Source: Pseudomonadota bacterium (lineage in GTDB: Bacteria; Bdellovibrionota; Bdellovibrionia; Bdellovibrionales; SG-bin7). Taken from it: a stretch of 61,388 nucleotides of DNA. Shown here piece by piece: positions 28,379 to 39,117 of the stretch. Below the pieces are notes generated by a model. It was not told where the DNA came from, did not search any database, and was given only the letters and a program-made list of their open reading frames with translations. The position numbers and the translations under genes were made by a program. Position 1 is the stretch's first letter. Each line of letters starts with the position of its first letter. Where the stretch lies: the NCBI GenBank assembly GCA_034439715.1, contig JAWXAY010000067.1, positions 1 through 61,388 on the forward strand, given 5' to 3'.

Positions 28379-28819
28379 TCACGGAGCTATTGATCGCTCC
28401 CAATCGTGGATTTTACCCGGGGTCGGGCGAAAGCTCGGATGGGGTTGAATTCGTTTGATCTTCAAGAGTGCTTTGAGTCTTTGCGGATTGCGAGCCTTTA
28501 GTTTTTTGAAAAGATGCTGACCTTCAAACTGCAATTGCCCACGGGTTACGGGAATTTTGGCGACTCGTGAAGACTTTTTTAAGATTTTAGTAGCGTCGAA
28601 TTTATAGCCCCGTCGGGTCGCTTCTTCGGCCACTGCGGAAAGGTAGTAGCCAAGCGAGGCTAACGGATCCGACGTTTCGCGAAATCGATTCAGTTGTGGA
28701 TGGTTCTTGTAGCCTCGAGTTGCACCAGAGAGAACTTTTTGCGCAAGAAGACTTTCTCGCCAAAGCGCGACTAGCCCCTGAGGATCGAGATATTTTGGGT
28801 GAAGCGACCAAAGGCGCAT
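28379..28819 (-). CDS. Pyrimidine dimer DNA glycosylase / T4 endonuclease V-like protein
   Basis: MRLWSLHPKYLD..GLVALWRE.LLAQ.VL.G.TRGY.NHPQL family signature. Confidence 0.85.
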   Translation of the reverse strand: MRLWSLHPKYLDPQGLVALWRESLLAQKVLSGATRGYKNHPQLNRFRETSDPLASLGYYLSAVAEEATRRGYKFDATKILKKSSRVAKIPVTRGQLQFEGQHLFKKLKARNPQRLKALLKIKRIQPHPSFRPTPGKIHDWERSIAP

Positions 28820-28879
28820 TCAGTTTATGTAGCACATCTGATTTTAGTTCTACACAAAAATTGGCGTTCCATCATAGCC

Positions 28880-29803
28880 TTATTGGTCAAATCTATGATC
28901 ACAGTCTTTGCATCGCGCGGCGGCTTCTTCCGTCCAATAGACATGGGTGACAGTGCTCGAGCCGTCGCGATTGCGTTTTTGATAAAGAGCGTTGCGGCCC
29001 CGGCTGCGCTCGCGCACAAACTCCCCCCAAGTATTTGGATCATCACTCACATCACTCACGTCATTTTGTGAAGCAACGGCGGTCGCCATCGGTGCAACGG
29101 TCGTGGTGGTGTCTTGATGGTTGTATATGAGAGCGAGCTGCTCAAAATCGTGCGCATTGGGACGTGTACTCACGGAATTTGTGGCGTTGGCTCCGGTATT
29201 TGAAAAGTAATCCATGCATGAATTTTGAGAGCTTCCATCCTCTGACTGGTGATCTAGTCCAAAGGTATGGGCAATTTCTTGGCAAACAACATGGAGCTTT
29301 TCGTTCGGATTATTGTATTTGGCGGTTACAAAATAAGTGTCATTCATTTTGGCGGAGCCCTGAGTAATATGCTCACCATTAACGATATTGATCGACGCCA
29401 AACCCAGCCAACCATTGTTGCCATATTTGCCGTTGCACACCTGCGTGGTTCCCGAAACCATCGCGCAGCGCTTGTTGGAAGAGCCCGCAGCCGCGGCCAA
29501 CAAAAGCGGAGTGGATGTTGCGCCAAAAATTTCCGGGCTGTTCCAGTCACCGATGGTTTGGGAAAGATGCGTTCTCCAATCTGTCGTCGTCAGATTATTG
29601 CCAACCTTTAAAGTGAAGGGATTCGTACCGCGCGCCCAGTGATAACCCGACCAACTGTGGCTCGCTGGATCCCGCCCTGCGGGCTTCGCGACGTTCGCTT
29701 GCTGGGCCGCCGACTCTATCTCCATAGAACTGCAACCCATCAGAGCCATAATAATTACTGTGAATGTGAAATAAAAATGAATTGAAGTCGCCCGCATAAT
29801 CAC
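28880..29803 (-). CDS. Lipoprotein with matrixin-like metallopeptidase domain (variant QExxH motif)
   Basis: Lipobox LMGC, RDPAS, GWLGLA, CQEIAHTFGLDH, SCMDY Met-turn. Confidence 0.75.
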   Translation of the reverse strand: MIMRATSIHFYFTFTVIIMALMGCSSMEIESAAQQANVAKPAGRDPASHSWSGYHWARGTNPFTLKVGNNLTTTDWRTHLSQTIGDWNSPEIFGATSTPLLLAAAAGSSNKRCAMVSGTTQVCNGKYGNNGWLGLASINIVNGEHITQGSAKMNDTYFVTAKYNNPNEKLHVVCQEIAHTFGLDHQSEDGSSQNSCMDYFSNTGANATNSVSTRPNAHDFEQLALIYNHQDTTTTVAPMATAVASQNDVSDVSDDPNTWGEFVRERSRGRNALYQKRNRDGSSTVTHVYWTEEAAARCKDCDHRFDQ

Positions 29804-29910
29804 CTCGTATTTTAATTTAATAGCGTAAGCGAATATTAATACGGCGGGAAATGGAATCGAGTTTTCAAGACCTTAATCTTCATATCTGGACTTTCAAATG
29901 GGTGTGCCCT

Positions 29911-29940
29911 CCACTGAGTTCTTAGCTTAGAACTCAGCGG
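29911..29940. terminator. Inverted repeat downstream of the cupin gene
   Basis: CTGAGTTCT-tagctt-AGAACTCAG; no clear U tract. Confidence 0.4.
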
Positions 29941-29951
29941 CCTGTGATTCG

Positions 29952-30383
29952 TTATTTTTTCTCGAGCACTACATCCCATTTTCCACGAACATCGGTGAAG
30001 AGGATGCATTCTGCTCCAGCGGCGCAAGTTGTCGCGTGAGGCTGCTTGTTCTTAAATGAGAAATAGGAACCTGCGGTTAAGCGTTGTTCTTGCCCGTCAA
30101 TTGTCAAGATCAGGGTGCCCGCCACAACAGTGACGAAATGATCAGAGGAGTGATGGTGCAACGGCGCTGAAAAGCCAGGGGCAAACTTCATATAAGCATG
30201 ATGTGCTCCCTTTTCTGAATTGCCCTCAATAGTAGAAGTTTGCACTCCCGCAAAACCGGGGACTTCTGACCATTTAATATCTTTCGCATTGATAAAAACT
30301 GCATTCGTTGGGTTTTTTGTAGCGGCGAATGCGGGTACTGACAAAATGCCGAGGAGAATTGCGATCGTGGTAATCTGTTTCAT
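29952..30383 (-). CDS. Secreted cupin (DUF4437-like)
   Basis: Signal peptide; APLHHHSSD, VVAG, GSYF, PHAT.C. Confidence 0.8.
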   Translation of the reverse strand: MKQITTIAILLGILSVPAFAATKNPTNAVFINAKDIKWSEVPGFAGVQTSTIEGNSEKGAHHAYMKFAPGFSAPLHHHSSDHFVTVVAGTLILTIDGQEQRLTAGSYFSFKNKQPHATTCAAGAECILFTDVRGKWDVVLEKK

Positions 30384-30511
30384 AGTTTTATCCTTTCAAG
30401 ATTGTTAATTGAGTCAATCTTAGGGTTTTCTATAAATATTGGAACTAAAAAATATGACGCCACGCGGGGATTACAGAATCGAGCGATCACGGTTCAATCG
30501 ACGTGCAGAAA

Positions 30512-33133
30512 TTAAAGTCCCAACTGCCAAGTGTCGTTGAAGTAAACATAACTACCGGATTGATTATGCCCACCGCCGAAAATAATCATTCTCTGGTTGG
30601 TGGGATCAAAAACGGCCCCATGCCAGAACCGTGCGGTCGGCTGTGTCCCGGGAATGGAAAGCTGAACCCAATTGGGCGTGCCTGATAAATTCATTGCCCA
30701 AACATCGTTGTATAAACCGTACCCACTAACTCCACCGAACACAATTAGTCTATTGTTGACCGAATCGGTGACTAATGAAGAATAAACTCTAACTGGAGGA
30801 TTTGCAGGCGTGGCAAGCTCTGTCCATTCGGGAGTGCCAGAAAGCTTTAGTTGCCAAGTGTAGTAAGAATTGGGAGTAAAGACATACATCTTTTGGTGGA
30901 CACTATCAAAGGCCAATCTAAATGCTTGGCTACCTGGGGGAAGTGTTCCCGTGGGCAAAATCTCAGTCCACACAGGTGGTCCAGAAAGATTCAAAGCCCA
31001 AACATCATTGAAATTACTGAATCCGCCGGCACCGCCAAATATAATCATTCTTTGGTTAACGCTATCGTAAACTGCGCCGCTCTCACGCCGAGCGGCGGGC
31101 GCTGATAGGCCCGATGGCAAAATTTGTGTCCAAGTAGGAGTGCCGCTTAAACTGAGTGCCCAGACGTCATTTTGATCACCCCCAGCATTGCCGCCGAAAA
31201 CTATCATTCTGTTGTTGGCGCTATCGTAAATGGCGGTGTGAGTATAGCGTACCGCGGGTGGTGTGCCCACGGGTGTAATTGCAGTCCACGTAGGATTAGC
31301 TCCTAAACTGAGCGCCCAAACATCGTTTTTCATGGTGGGGCCGAAGCCCCCGAACAAGATCATTCGCTGATTCGCGCTATCAAAGATCGTGGTATGACCC
31401 ATGCGTACAGAAGGCGGCGTGGCCGAAGAAATTTGGGTCCACATGTATTGAAGAGTGGTGGCATTGGCCACGTTTGAGTAGCCGCTATAGCCGGCGACAT
31501 TGGAGGCTCTTACTCTGTAGTAATAAATTGACGCCACAAAAAGCTGTTGGCTCTTGTAAGTCGTGACGTTTGCGCTGACCGAGGCAATTTCCGAAAAATT
31601 AATTCCATCGGCGCTTTTTTCAATCTTAAAGCCGGCTTCGTCGACCGCAAGGTCCGTCCAGCTGAGGTCGATCACGGTCGCTGCCGCTGGGGTTGCAATT
31701 AAATTCTGCGGAGCTGTTGGAAGGTCCGTCACGACGACTCCGGCTGCATTGGGTGCCGAAAAAATCAAACTGGCCGCATTTGTCGCGACGTCCGCAATAT
31801 TTCCACCATTAAAATCTAGGTTCGAGTCCACCGCGATTCCGTTCGGATCGGAGTCGCCGGATTGGACTGTATATCTAAACTGAATAGTGTTTGTCCCTGT
31901 TCCAGAAATATAACCCGCGAATCTCGTGGTCGCGCCGACGGTCAAAGTCAGTCGTGGAATTCCACTCACATTGACCAATTCATTGAATGTCAGAGCGAAG
32001 TTTAAGTTTTGCCCGGCCGTAAAGGTACCGTTGGCGGGAGCTGTTGCCGACTGCACGCTGGGCGCCAAAGTGTCAATGAGAACAGCCGCAGTATTCAACG
32101 GCAAAAAAGCCAAGTCCGCAGAGTTACCGGCGGAATCATTAACACTTCCGCCGTTCAATTGCGCGCCCCCCACCAATATGCCGTCGCTGTCATTGGTCGC
32201 GGCTTGAACACTGTAACGGAATATCAAAGTCGGCGTTCCTGAACCTGAAAGATAGGTGGCGTATTTTGCGACACCGCCAATGTTTATGATAATTCGCGGA
32301 CTGCCATTGGCTATTACAGATTCAGTAAAATTGGCCGTGAAATCCAGATTTGTAGCTTGCTTGTAGCTTCCGTTGGAGGGTGCCGTAAGTGAGGTGATCG
32401 AAGGCACAGTTGCATCGCCGGTTGTGGTGACATCAAATATGGCGCCTACGCCTTGAATCGTCACTGTGGCTTGTCGAGTGGTGTTTTCTGTTCCGCTGGC
32501 AGTTAGCCGAACTGAAATGGCGTTTCCGGCTTGAACCGGAGCCGAGGTTCCAACAACATTACCGTTCACCAAAATTACGGGCGTACCCGTGCCGGATACG
32601 GTCGCTGTAAGTATTCCCTCAAAACCCGACAAAGTGGCTTGTGCGGAAGTCACAATTGCAGATAGCGACTGGCCCGTCGCGGGAGCAAAAGAAAATGCGG
32701 CCGGCGTAAAATCCCCAGTCGCGACAGAGAACACTGCGTTTTGAATTCCGACACTGACGGTGGCTTGATAAGTTGAATTTTCATTCGCACTCGAAGTAAG
32801 GCGTACGCGAAGTGTATCGCCGGTTGTTACTGTCTCAGAACCAGAAACTAATAAGCCGTTTTTATAGAGCTCAGGGGAACCGTCCCCAGTCACTGAAATC
32901 GCGCTAGGCGAGGTGCAATCAGCAAGCGTGACCGTGTATGAATCTACGGCTGTAGAAAGCTCCACAGCGTGTTGAGAGGTAAAAAAAACTGCGCCACAAC
33001 CACTCTCAACCTTGGCGACAACGGTTGCGCCCCCGGAGTCACTTCCGCCACTACAATTTTGAAATGCAATTAAGGCAGCTCCGGCTGCGAATGACAAAAG
33101 AAGAATGCTCCGGGCTTTGAATTTCACGTTCAT
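30512..33133 (-). CDS. Large modular surface lipoprotein: Ig-like repeats, FN3 and Kelch beta-propeller (ATG 33133)
   Basis: FQNC lipobox; two V..G....VRLT.S repeats; two TAP.NG...PR....G...A.Y.SG.GT....FRY.VQ...D..GI repeats; FN3 (LSWTD, YYYRVRASN); about six R..H...D..N.RMI.FGG...NDVW blades. Confidence 0.85.
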   Translation of the reverse strand: MNVKFKARSILLLSFAAGAALIAFQNCSGGSDSGGATVVAKVESGCGAVFFTSQHAVELSTAVDSYTVTLADCTSPSAISVTGDGSPELYKNGLLVSGSETVTTGDTLRVRLTSSANENSTYQATVSVGIQNAVFSVATGDFTPAAFSFAPATGQSLSAIVTSAQATLSGFEGILTATVSGTGTPVILVNGNVVGTSAPVQAGNAISVRLTASGTENTTRQATVTIQGVGAIFDVTTTGDATVPSITSLTAPSNGSYKQATNLDFTANFTESVIANGSPRIIINIGGVAKYATYLSGSGTPTLIFRYSVQAATNDSDGILVGGAQLNGGSVNDSAGNSADLAFLPLNTAAVLIDTLAPSVQSATAPANGTFTAGQNLNFALTFNELVNVSGIPRLTLTVGATTRFAGYISGTGTNTIQFRYTVQSGDSDPNGIAVDSNLDFNGGNIADVATNAASLIFSAPNAAGVVVTDLPTAPQNLIATPAAATVIDLSWTDLAVDEAGFKIEKSADGINFSEIASVSANVTTYKSQQLFVASIYYYRVRASNVAGYSGYSNVANATTLQYMWTQISSATPPSVRMGHTTIFDSANQRMILFGGFGPTMKNDVWALSLGANPTWTAITPVGTPPAVRYTHTAIYDSANNRMIVFGGNAGGDQNDVWALSLSGTPTWTQILPSGLSAPAARRESGAVYDSVNQRMIIFGGAGGFSNFNDVWALNLSGPPVWTEILPTGTLPPGSQAFRLAFDSVHQKMYVFTPNSYYTWQLKLSGTPEWTELATPANPPVRVYSSLVTDSVNNRLIVFGGVSGYGLYNDVWAMNLSGTPNWVQLSIPGTQPTARFWHGAVFDPTNQRMIIFGGGHNQSGSYVYFNDTWQLGL

Positions 33134-33140
33134 CAGGGTT

Positions 33141-33164
33141 GTATCGGAAGTTTCGAGGCTTTTA
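33141..33164 (-). promoter_or_regulatory. Possible sigma28 (FliA)-type promoter
   Basis: Minus strand TAAAAG-N10-TCCGATAC, 7 nt before ATG 33133; -35 spacing non-canonical. Confidence 0.4.
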
Positions 33165-33336
33165 TAAAGCAGTATCAAAATGAGATGAAATGGCCACAAA
33201 AAATTGGCGCCCCATATCGTCTCTAATATATCAGTAGCTTAGCAGCCTCTTGAAGCAGATTGCTGCACTGACCATGGAAGGCGACCAAAATGAACAGACG
33301 CCCTGTTACCAAATAACACCTACGAAACATTCAATA

Positions 33337-34248
33337 TTAGCTTTTAGAACCCATAAACTCTGTCGGAGATTTTCCAAAACGTTGACGAAAAGCCTTACTG
33401 AAGGCGCTAAAATTAGTGTAACCTACAAGAACTGCAACATCTCCGACCGTGTAGTCTTGCTTCTTCAGAAGATTAGCAGCTTCATCAAGACGACGTTTTT
33501 TAATGTACTCATAAGGCGTGGATTTTAACTGCCGTTTAAAAAGTCGAAGTAATGTCGACTTACTCATCTTTGCCGCCTTCGCAATCATTTCTAAATCAAT
33601 ATCTTCAAATAAATTGCTTTCAATAAAACGAAGCGCAATATGACCTAGCTCTTCTTCATAGGCTTCAGAACTAATTTGGTTTTCATGATTTTTTTTCTTT
33701 TCTCCAAAAATAATATGCGCAACCTCATTAAGAATTTGTTTTTCGAGAAAAAATGTACAGCCCGGAGTAGAATGTCGATTGAGAACTCTCTCAAAAAAGT
33801 ACCGATTAAGAACTTCATCCAACCAGGTCGACTTTTTAAATAAAATAAGATCTGTTTCAAGCGTCTTTCGGTCATTTAAAGCCAAGCCATTATCTTTAAT
33901 GAGTTCATTGAAATACTCACTATTTGGGAACAAGGCTAAGGTATCGTAAATTGAACTTCGAGCCTGATCGTTATGCTCGACTCCCTTAGGGACCCAAAGT
34001 ATTTTAGTGCTGTCAATTTTGTAGATTTTTTTGTTGCGAAGATCTTGAACTGTCATAACACAAGGTCCTCTTGGACAAACCAGCATATGATTTTCATGAT
34101 CGTGAAAATCTTTTTCAAATCCAATCCCGCGTTCGTAGGCCAAGGCCATTGGCGACTCGAAATCGAGTATTTGTTTCAAAAGAGTTCCAAGAGGTGGCTT
34201 CTCAAAGCCTCGTTGTTTTGAGCTCATAAGATGTGACGATTTTAACAC
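33337..34248 (-). CDS. AraC family transcriptional regulator with N-terminal cupin
   Basis: FHDH...WVPKGVEH; C-terminal double HTH (IAKAAKMSKSTLLRLFK; VAVLVGYTNFSAFSKAFRQRFGKSP). Confidence 0.93.
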   Translation of the reverse strand: MLKSSHLMSSKQRGFEKPPLGTLLKQILDFESPMALAYERGIGFEKDFHDHENHMLVCPRGPCVMTVQDLRNKKIYKIDSTKILWVPKGVEHNDQARSSIYDTLALFPNSEYFNELIKDNGLALNDRKTLETDLILFKKSTWLDEVLNRYFFERVLNRHSTPGCTFFLEKQILNEVAHIIFGEKKKNHENQISSEAYEEELGHIALRFIESNLFEDIDLEMIAKAAKMSKSTLLRLFKRQLKSTPYEYIKKRRLDEAANLLKKQDYTVGDVAVLVGYTNFSAFSKAFRQRFGKSPTEFMGSKS

Positions 34249-34356
34249 AATGTCCGATGTTTCAGCAACAGCAATAGTCTTTCCGCCAGGTTATAAGGAT
34301 CTCACTCGACAGAGGTCGTAATAACATTTAACTAAAAAAACCTTAAGGAGGTATTC

Positions 34357-34932
34357 ATGAAATCAAAAGTCTTAGTTCTTACACTGGTGAGCATTTTTCA
34401 AATTGCAGCATGGGCTGAAAACTACCAAACGGCACTCGTCTGTGACGATGGAGCCGCAGTTGTCGATGTCGATCTGTCAGAACGTAAAAATATTCAATTA
34501 GTCATTCGCAATCCCAAAATTGTTCAGTTTCTTTACGAAAGTGGGATTTTTGATCGAAGTCTTGTGCCGCTAAACTGTAAGCAACAAGGAAATCAGTTAA
34601 AATGCGATCCTCCAAGCGAAATCATCATTCGTGGTCGAAACCACATTGTAAAAGGAAGCCAGCAAGATCCTGGAAACCTGCCAGGCTATCCGTTTTACCT
34701 TGGCGTTTTTAATAAAGAGCAAATTTCAAGTGTAGATGCTGGAGACGGTTTAGGCAGTCGCCCGACTCTAAGATTCCAACGCGATGGCAAAGGTTTAAGA
34801 GTTGCTGGATATGGCTTTAGACAAGGTCATTGCGAAGGGTTTGTTTCTCCTTCAACAGGTGGATGTCAAGGTCGTGTAGTCCCGGGCTTTGAGTTTGAAA
34901 TCGCTAATTGGTATTTTCAGTCTTGCCAATAA
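34357..34932 (+). CDS. Secreted hypothetical protein, paralogue 1 of 3
   Basis: AAGGAGG RBS, signal peptide, YQTALVCDDGA...QLVI...NWYFQSCQ*. Confidence 0.85.
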   Translation: MKSKVLVLTLVSIFQIAAWAENYQTALVCDDGAAVVDVDLSERKNIQLVIRNPKIVQFLYESGIFDRSLVPLNCKQQGNQLKCDPPSEIIIRGRNHIVKGSQQDPGNLPGYPFYLGVFNKEQISSVDAGDGLGSRPTLRFQRDGKGLRVAGYGFRQGHCEGFVSPSTGGCQGRVVPGFEFEIANWYFQSCQ

Positions 34933-35033
34933 TTCAGGTGACACGAAAATCTGGTGGGGAGACTCACCGGGTTTCAAACCCTACATGAATCGCTCAAATG
35001 ACGGTTCAAATAAACATCAACATAGGAGTAAAT

Positions 35034-35585
35034 ATGAATTTTCGAAGTTTTAGCTTATCAGTAGTTAGGTTATCGGTAGCGTCGGCTCTCTTGGCGTCTT
35101 TTACGGCAAAGGCTGGTACCCGTTATGAAAAGGTAGTGGCTTGTAATGTGAACGGACAATCCCTCTTGATCGAAAAAGTTGTGAGAGACGGAGACGCTGG
35201 TGCCTCGACCTTTCAAATGGTCTTACAAGGTTCAGGAATCGCGGGTGACCATGGCTACCTACGTGAGCTTGAAGCACGCTCTCTTGACGGTCTTGATCGT
35301 AACCATTTTAGGGCGCGAAATTTGTTTTCTTTTGGAGACAAATTTATCGTAAATTTAAGTCGTGAGGTTACTAATGGCGAAGGCAATTTTGCCCTTCGCC
35401 CCTCAGTGCGAATGGAAGAAACAGGTTCCTTCGAATCTCAAGTCAGGCCTGTTATTAGACTTGGAGTTTATACTTCGGGACCTATTAACGGAGTATTGCG
35501 TGTTCAGTTCTTTCGACATGAAGACAGAAACTTTAATGTGCCCAGCATTTACCTTGGCGACTATGTCTTTAAAAATTGTCAGTAA
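35034..35585 (+). CDS. Secreted hypothetical protein, paralogue 2 of 3 (ATG 35034)
   Basis: AGGAG RBS, signal peptide, YEKVVACNVNGQ...QMVL...DYVFKNCQ*. Confidence 0.85.
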   Translation: MNFRSFSLSVVRLSVASALLASFTAKAGTRYEKVVACNVNGQSLLIEKVVRDGDAGASTFQMVLQGSGIAGDHGYLRELEARSLDGLDRNHFRARNLFSFGDKFIVNLSREVTNGEGNFALRPSVRMEETGSFESQVRPVIRLGVYTSGPINGVLRVQFFRHEDRNFNVPSIYLGDYVFKNCQ

Positions 35586-35596
35586 TGAAAAACCCG

Positions 35597-35625
35597 GTCC
35601 TCGTGACTTCCACTAGGACTTTTTT
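35597..35625 (+). terminator. Terminator-like hairpin between paralogues 2 and 3
   Basis: GTCCT-c-GTG-acttcc-CAC-t-AGGAC followed by T6. Confidence 0.5.
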
Positions 35626-35680
35626 TGTAGGTACGAAGTGAGTTAATCATTTTTGAGTTAAAACTAACGAAGGAGGAAAT

Positions 35681-36100
35681 ATGGAAATGCTAAAACAAGT
35701 TAAAAACACATTAATTATTTTTATATTAATGGCAGCGGGAATGTCTGGTGGTACCCGGGCTAGTGAAACTCAGCGATACAAGCTACTATTCCGCTGTGAA
35801 GATGGCGCAGTCGTTTTTGATCGGGTAGATGGAGGTTCAAGTCCATACCAACTCGTGATACACGGTAGGAATCGAATCGCGCATTTTAATCGGAACGCCG
35901 GTACGGGTGGGCGCACGTACAGTAATGGTGAGACTTATGTCCTTCCGATTCTAAAACTTGAGCATGGCTCGAGCCGACCCACAGAATTCTTTAATCATAA
36001 TTGGGTAGATCGATTCGGTGAGATGATCACTGTGAATACTCTCATAAACAACGAGGGTGGTACGCTAATATACAATTACCGATTTAATGGTTGCCGCTAA
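35681..36100 (+). CDS. Secreted hypothetical protein, paralogue 3 of 3
   Basis: AAGGAGG RBS, signal peptide, YKLLFRCEDGA...QLVI...NYRFNGCR*. Confidence 0.85.
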   Translation: MEMLKQVKNTLIIFILMAAGMSGGTRASETQRYKLLFRCEDGAVVFDRVDGGSSPYQLVIHGRNRIAHFNRNAGTGGRTYSNGETYVLPILKLEHGSSRPTEFFNHNWVDRFGEMITVNTLINNEGGTLIYNYRFNGCR

Positions 36101-36592
36101 TGATCGTTAATCAAATGATTTATTCAGTTCCAATCAAACTATCCAAACGGATTTGGTTGGAGCGCGGGACTCGAAATGATAGTTTTCATCTAATTTACGC
36201 GCCCGAATTGTTTCTCCAGGCGTACCATATCGCGATTTTCGGGAGGTGTTTTTCAATTCGCTAGCGAATGTTTGAGTCATCGGGATCATCAGAGCAAACA
36301 AATTCTCTTCCCTTTGCATTCTTTAATGCCAAGTAATTTGCCCGCTTATTAAAAAAGAGTTCGTATTCCGAAAGACTACCGAGAACATCGGTACCACCTT
36401 TTTTTGTGGCTATTAGTTCACCCGATGGTTTTTCTTTATCCGAACGGAAAATTTGAAAAGACATCTGAACTTCGAAAAATTGAAAAACGAGCCGCTAAAT
36501 TTCGTAAGCATGGCTAAAGCCCAGCCTTGTCTGCCTTGTCCAAATCGGACAAGGTTTTTGCTCGCAAATATTTGAAGTTACAGAGAGAAGAT

Positions 36593-36668
36593 TGGCGTCC
36601 CCACCGGGATTCGAACCCGGGTCCATACCGTGAAAGGGTATTGTCCTAGGCCTCTAGACGATAGGGAC
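36593..36668 (-). tRNA. tRNA-Glu (anticodon TTC)
   Basis: GTCCCTA/TGGGGAC acceptor stem, ATACC-CT-TTC-AC-GGTAT arm, TTCGAAT T-loop, encoded CCA. Confidence 0.97.
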
Positions 36669-36714
36669 GCACAAGAAAATACAGTAGCAAAAATACTTAA
36701 ATTTTGTAAAAAAA

Positions 36715-36790
36715 TGGTGAGCCGGCTTGGACTCGAACCAAGGACCCCATCCTTAAAAGGGATGTGCTCTACCAACTGAGCTACCGGCCC
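36715..36790 (-). tRNA. tRNA-Lys (anticodon TTT)
   Basis: GGGCCGG/CCGGCTC stem, CATCC-CT-TTT-AA-GGATG arm, TTCGAGT, encoded CCA. Confidence 0.97.
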
Positions 36791-36816
36791 CCAAAGATTT
36801 ACAAAATTAACGACCG

Positions 36817-36845
36817 ATTTTTAAAGGATTCCCGCATTATGTCAA
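36817..36845 (-). promoter_or_regulatory. Sigma70 promoter for the tRNA pair
   Basis: TTGACA-N16-TAAAAAT followed by a GC-rich discriminator. Confidence 0.5.
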
Positions 36846-36871
36846 CCTTATTGCTGATGAGATTTCACTAC

Positions 36872-39110
<2,239 letters not shown>

Positions 39111-39117
<7 letters not shown>

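Noticed and set aside
34945..35600. Integron attC sites or an invertible segment around paralogue 2 (ACCGGGTTT / AAACCCGGT)
   Set aside because: No RYYYAAC/GTTRRRY boxes and no recombinase; a 9-bp match can occur by chance
36578..36775. 65-aa minus-strand ORF
   Set aside because: Overlaps both tRNA genes
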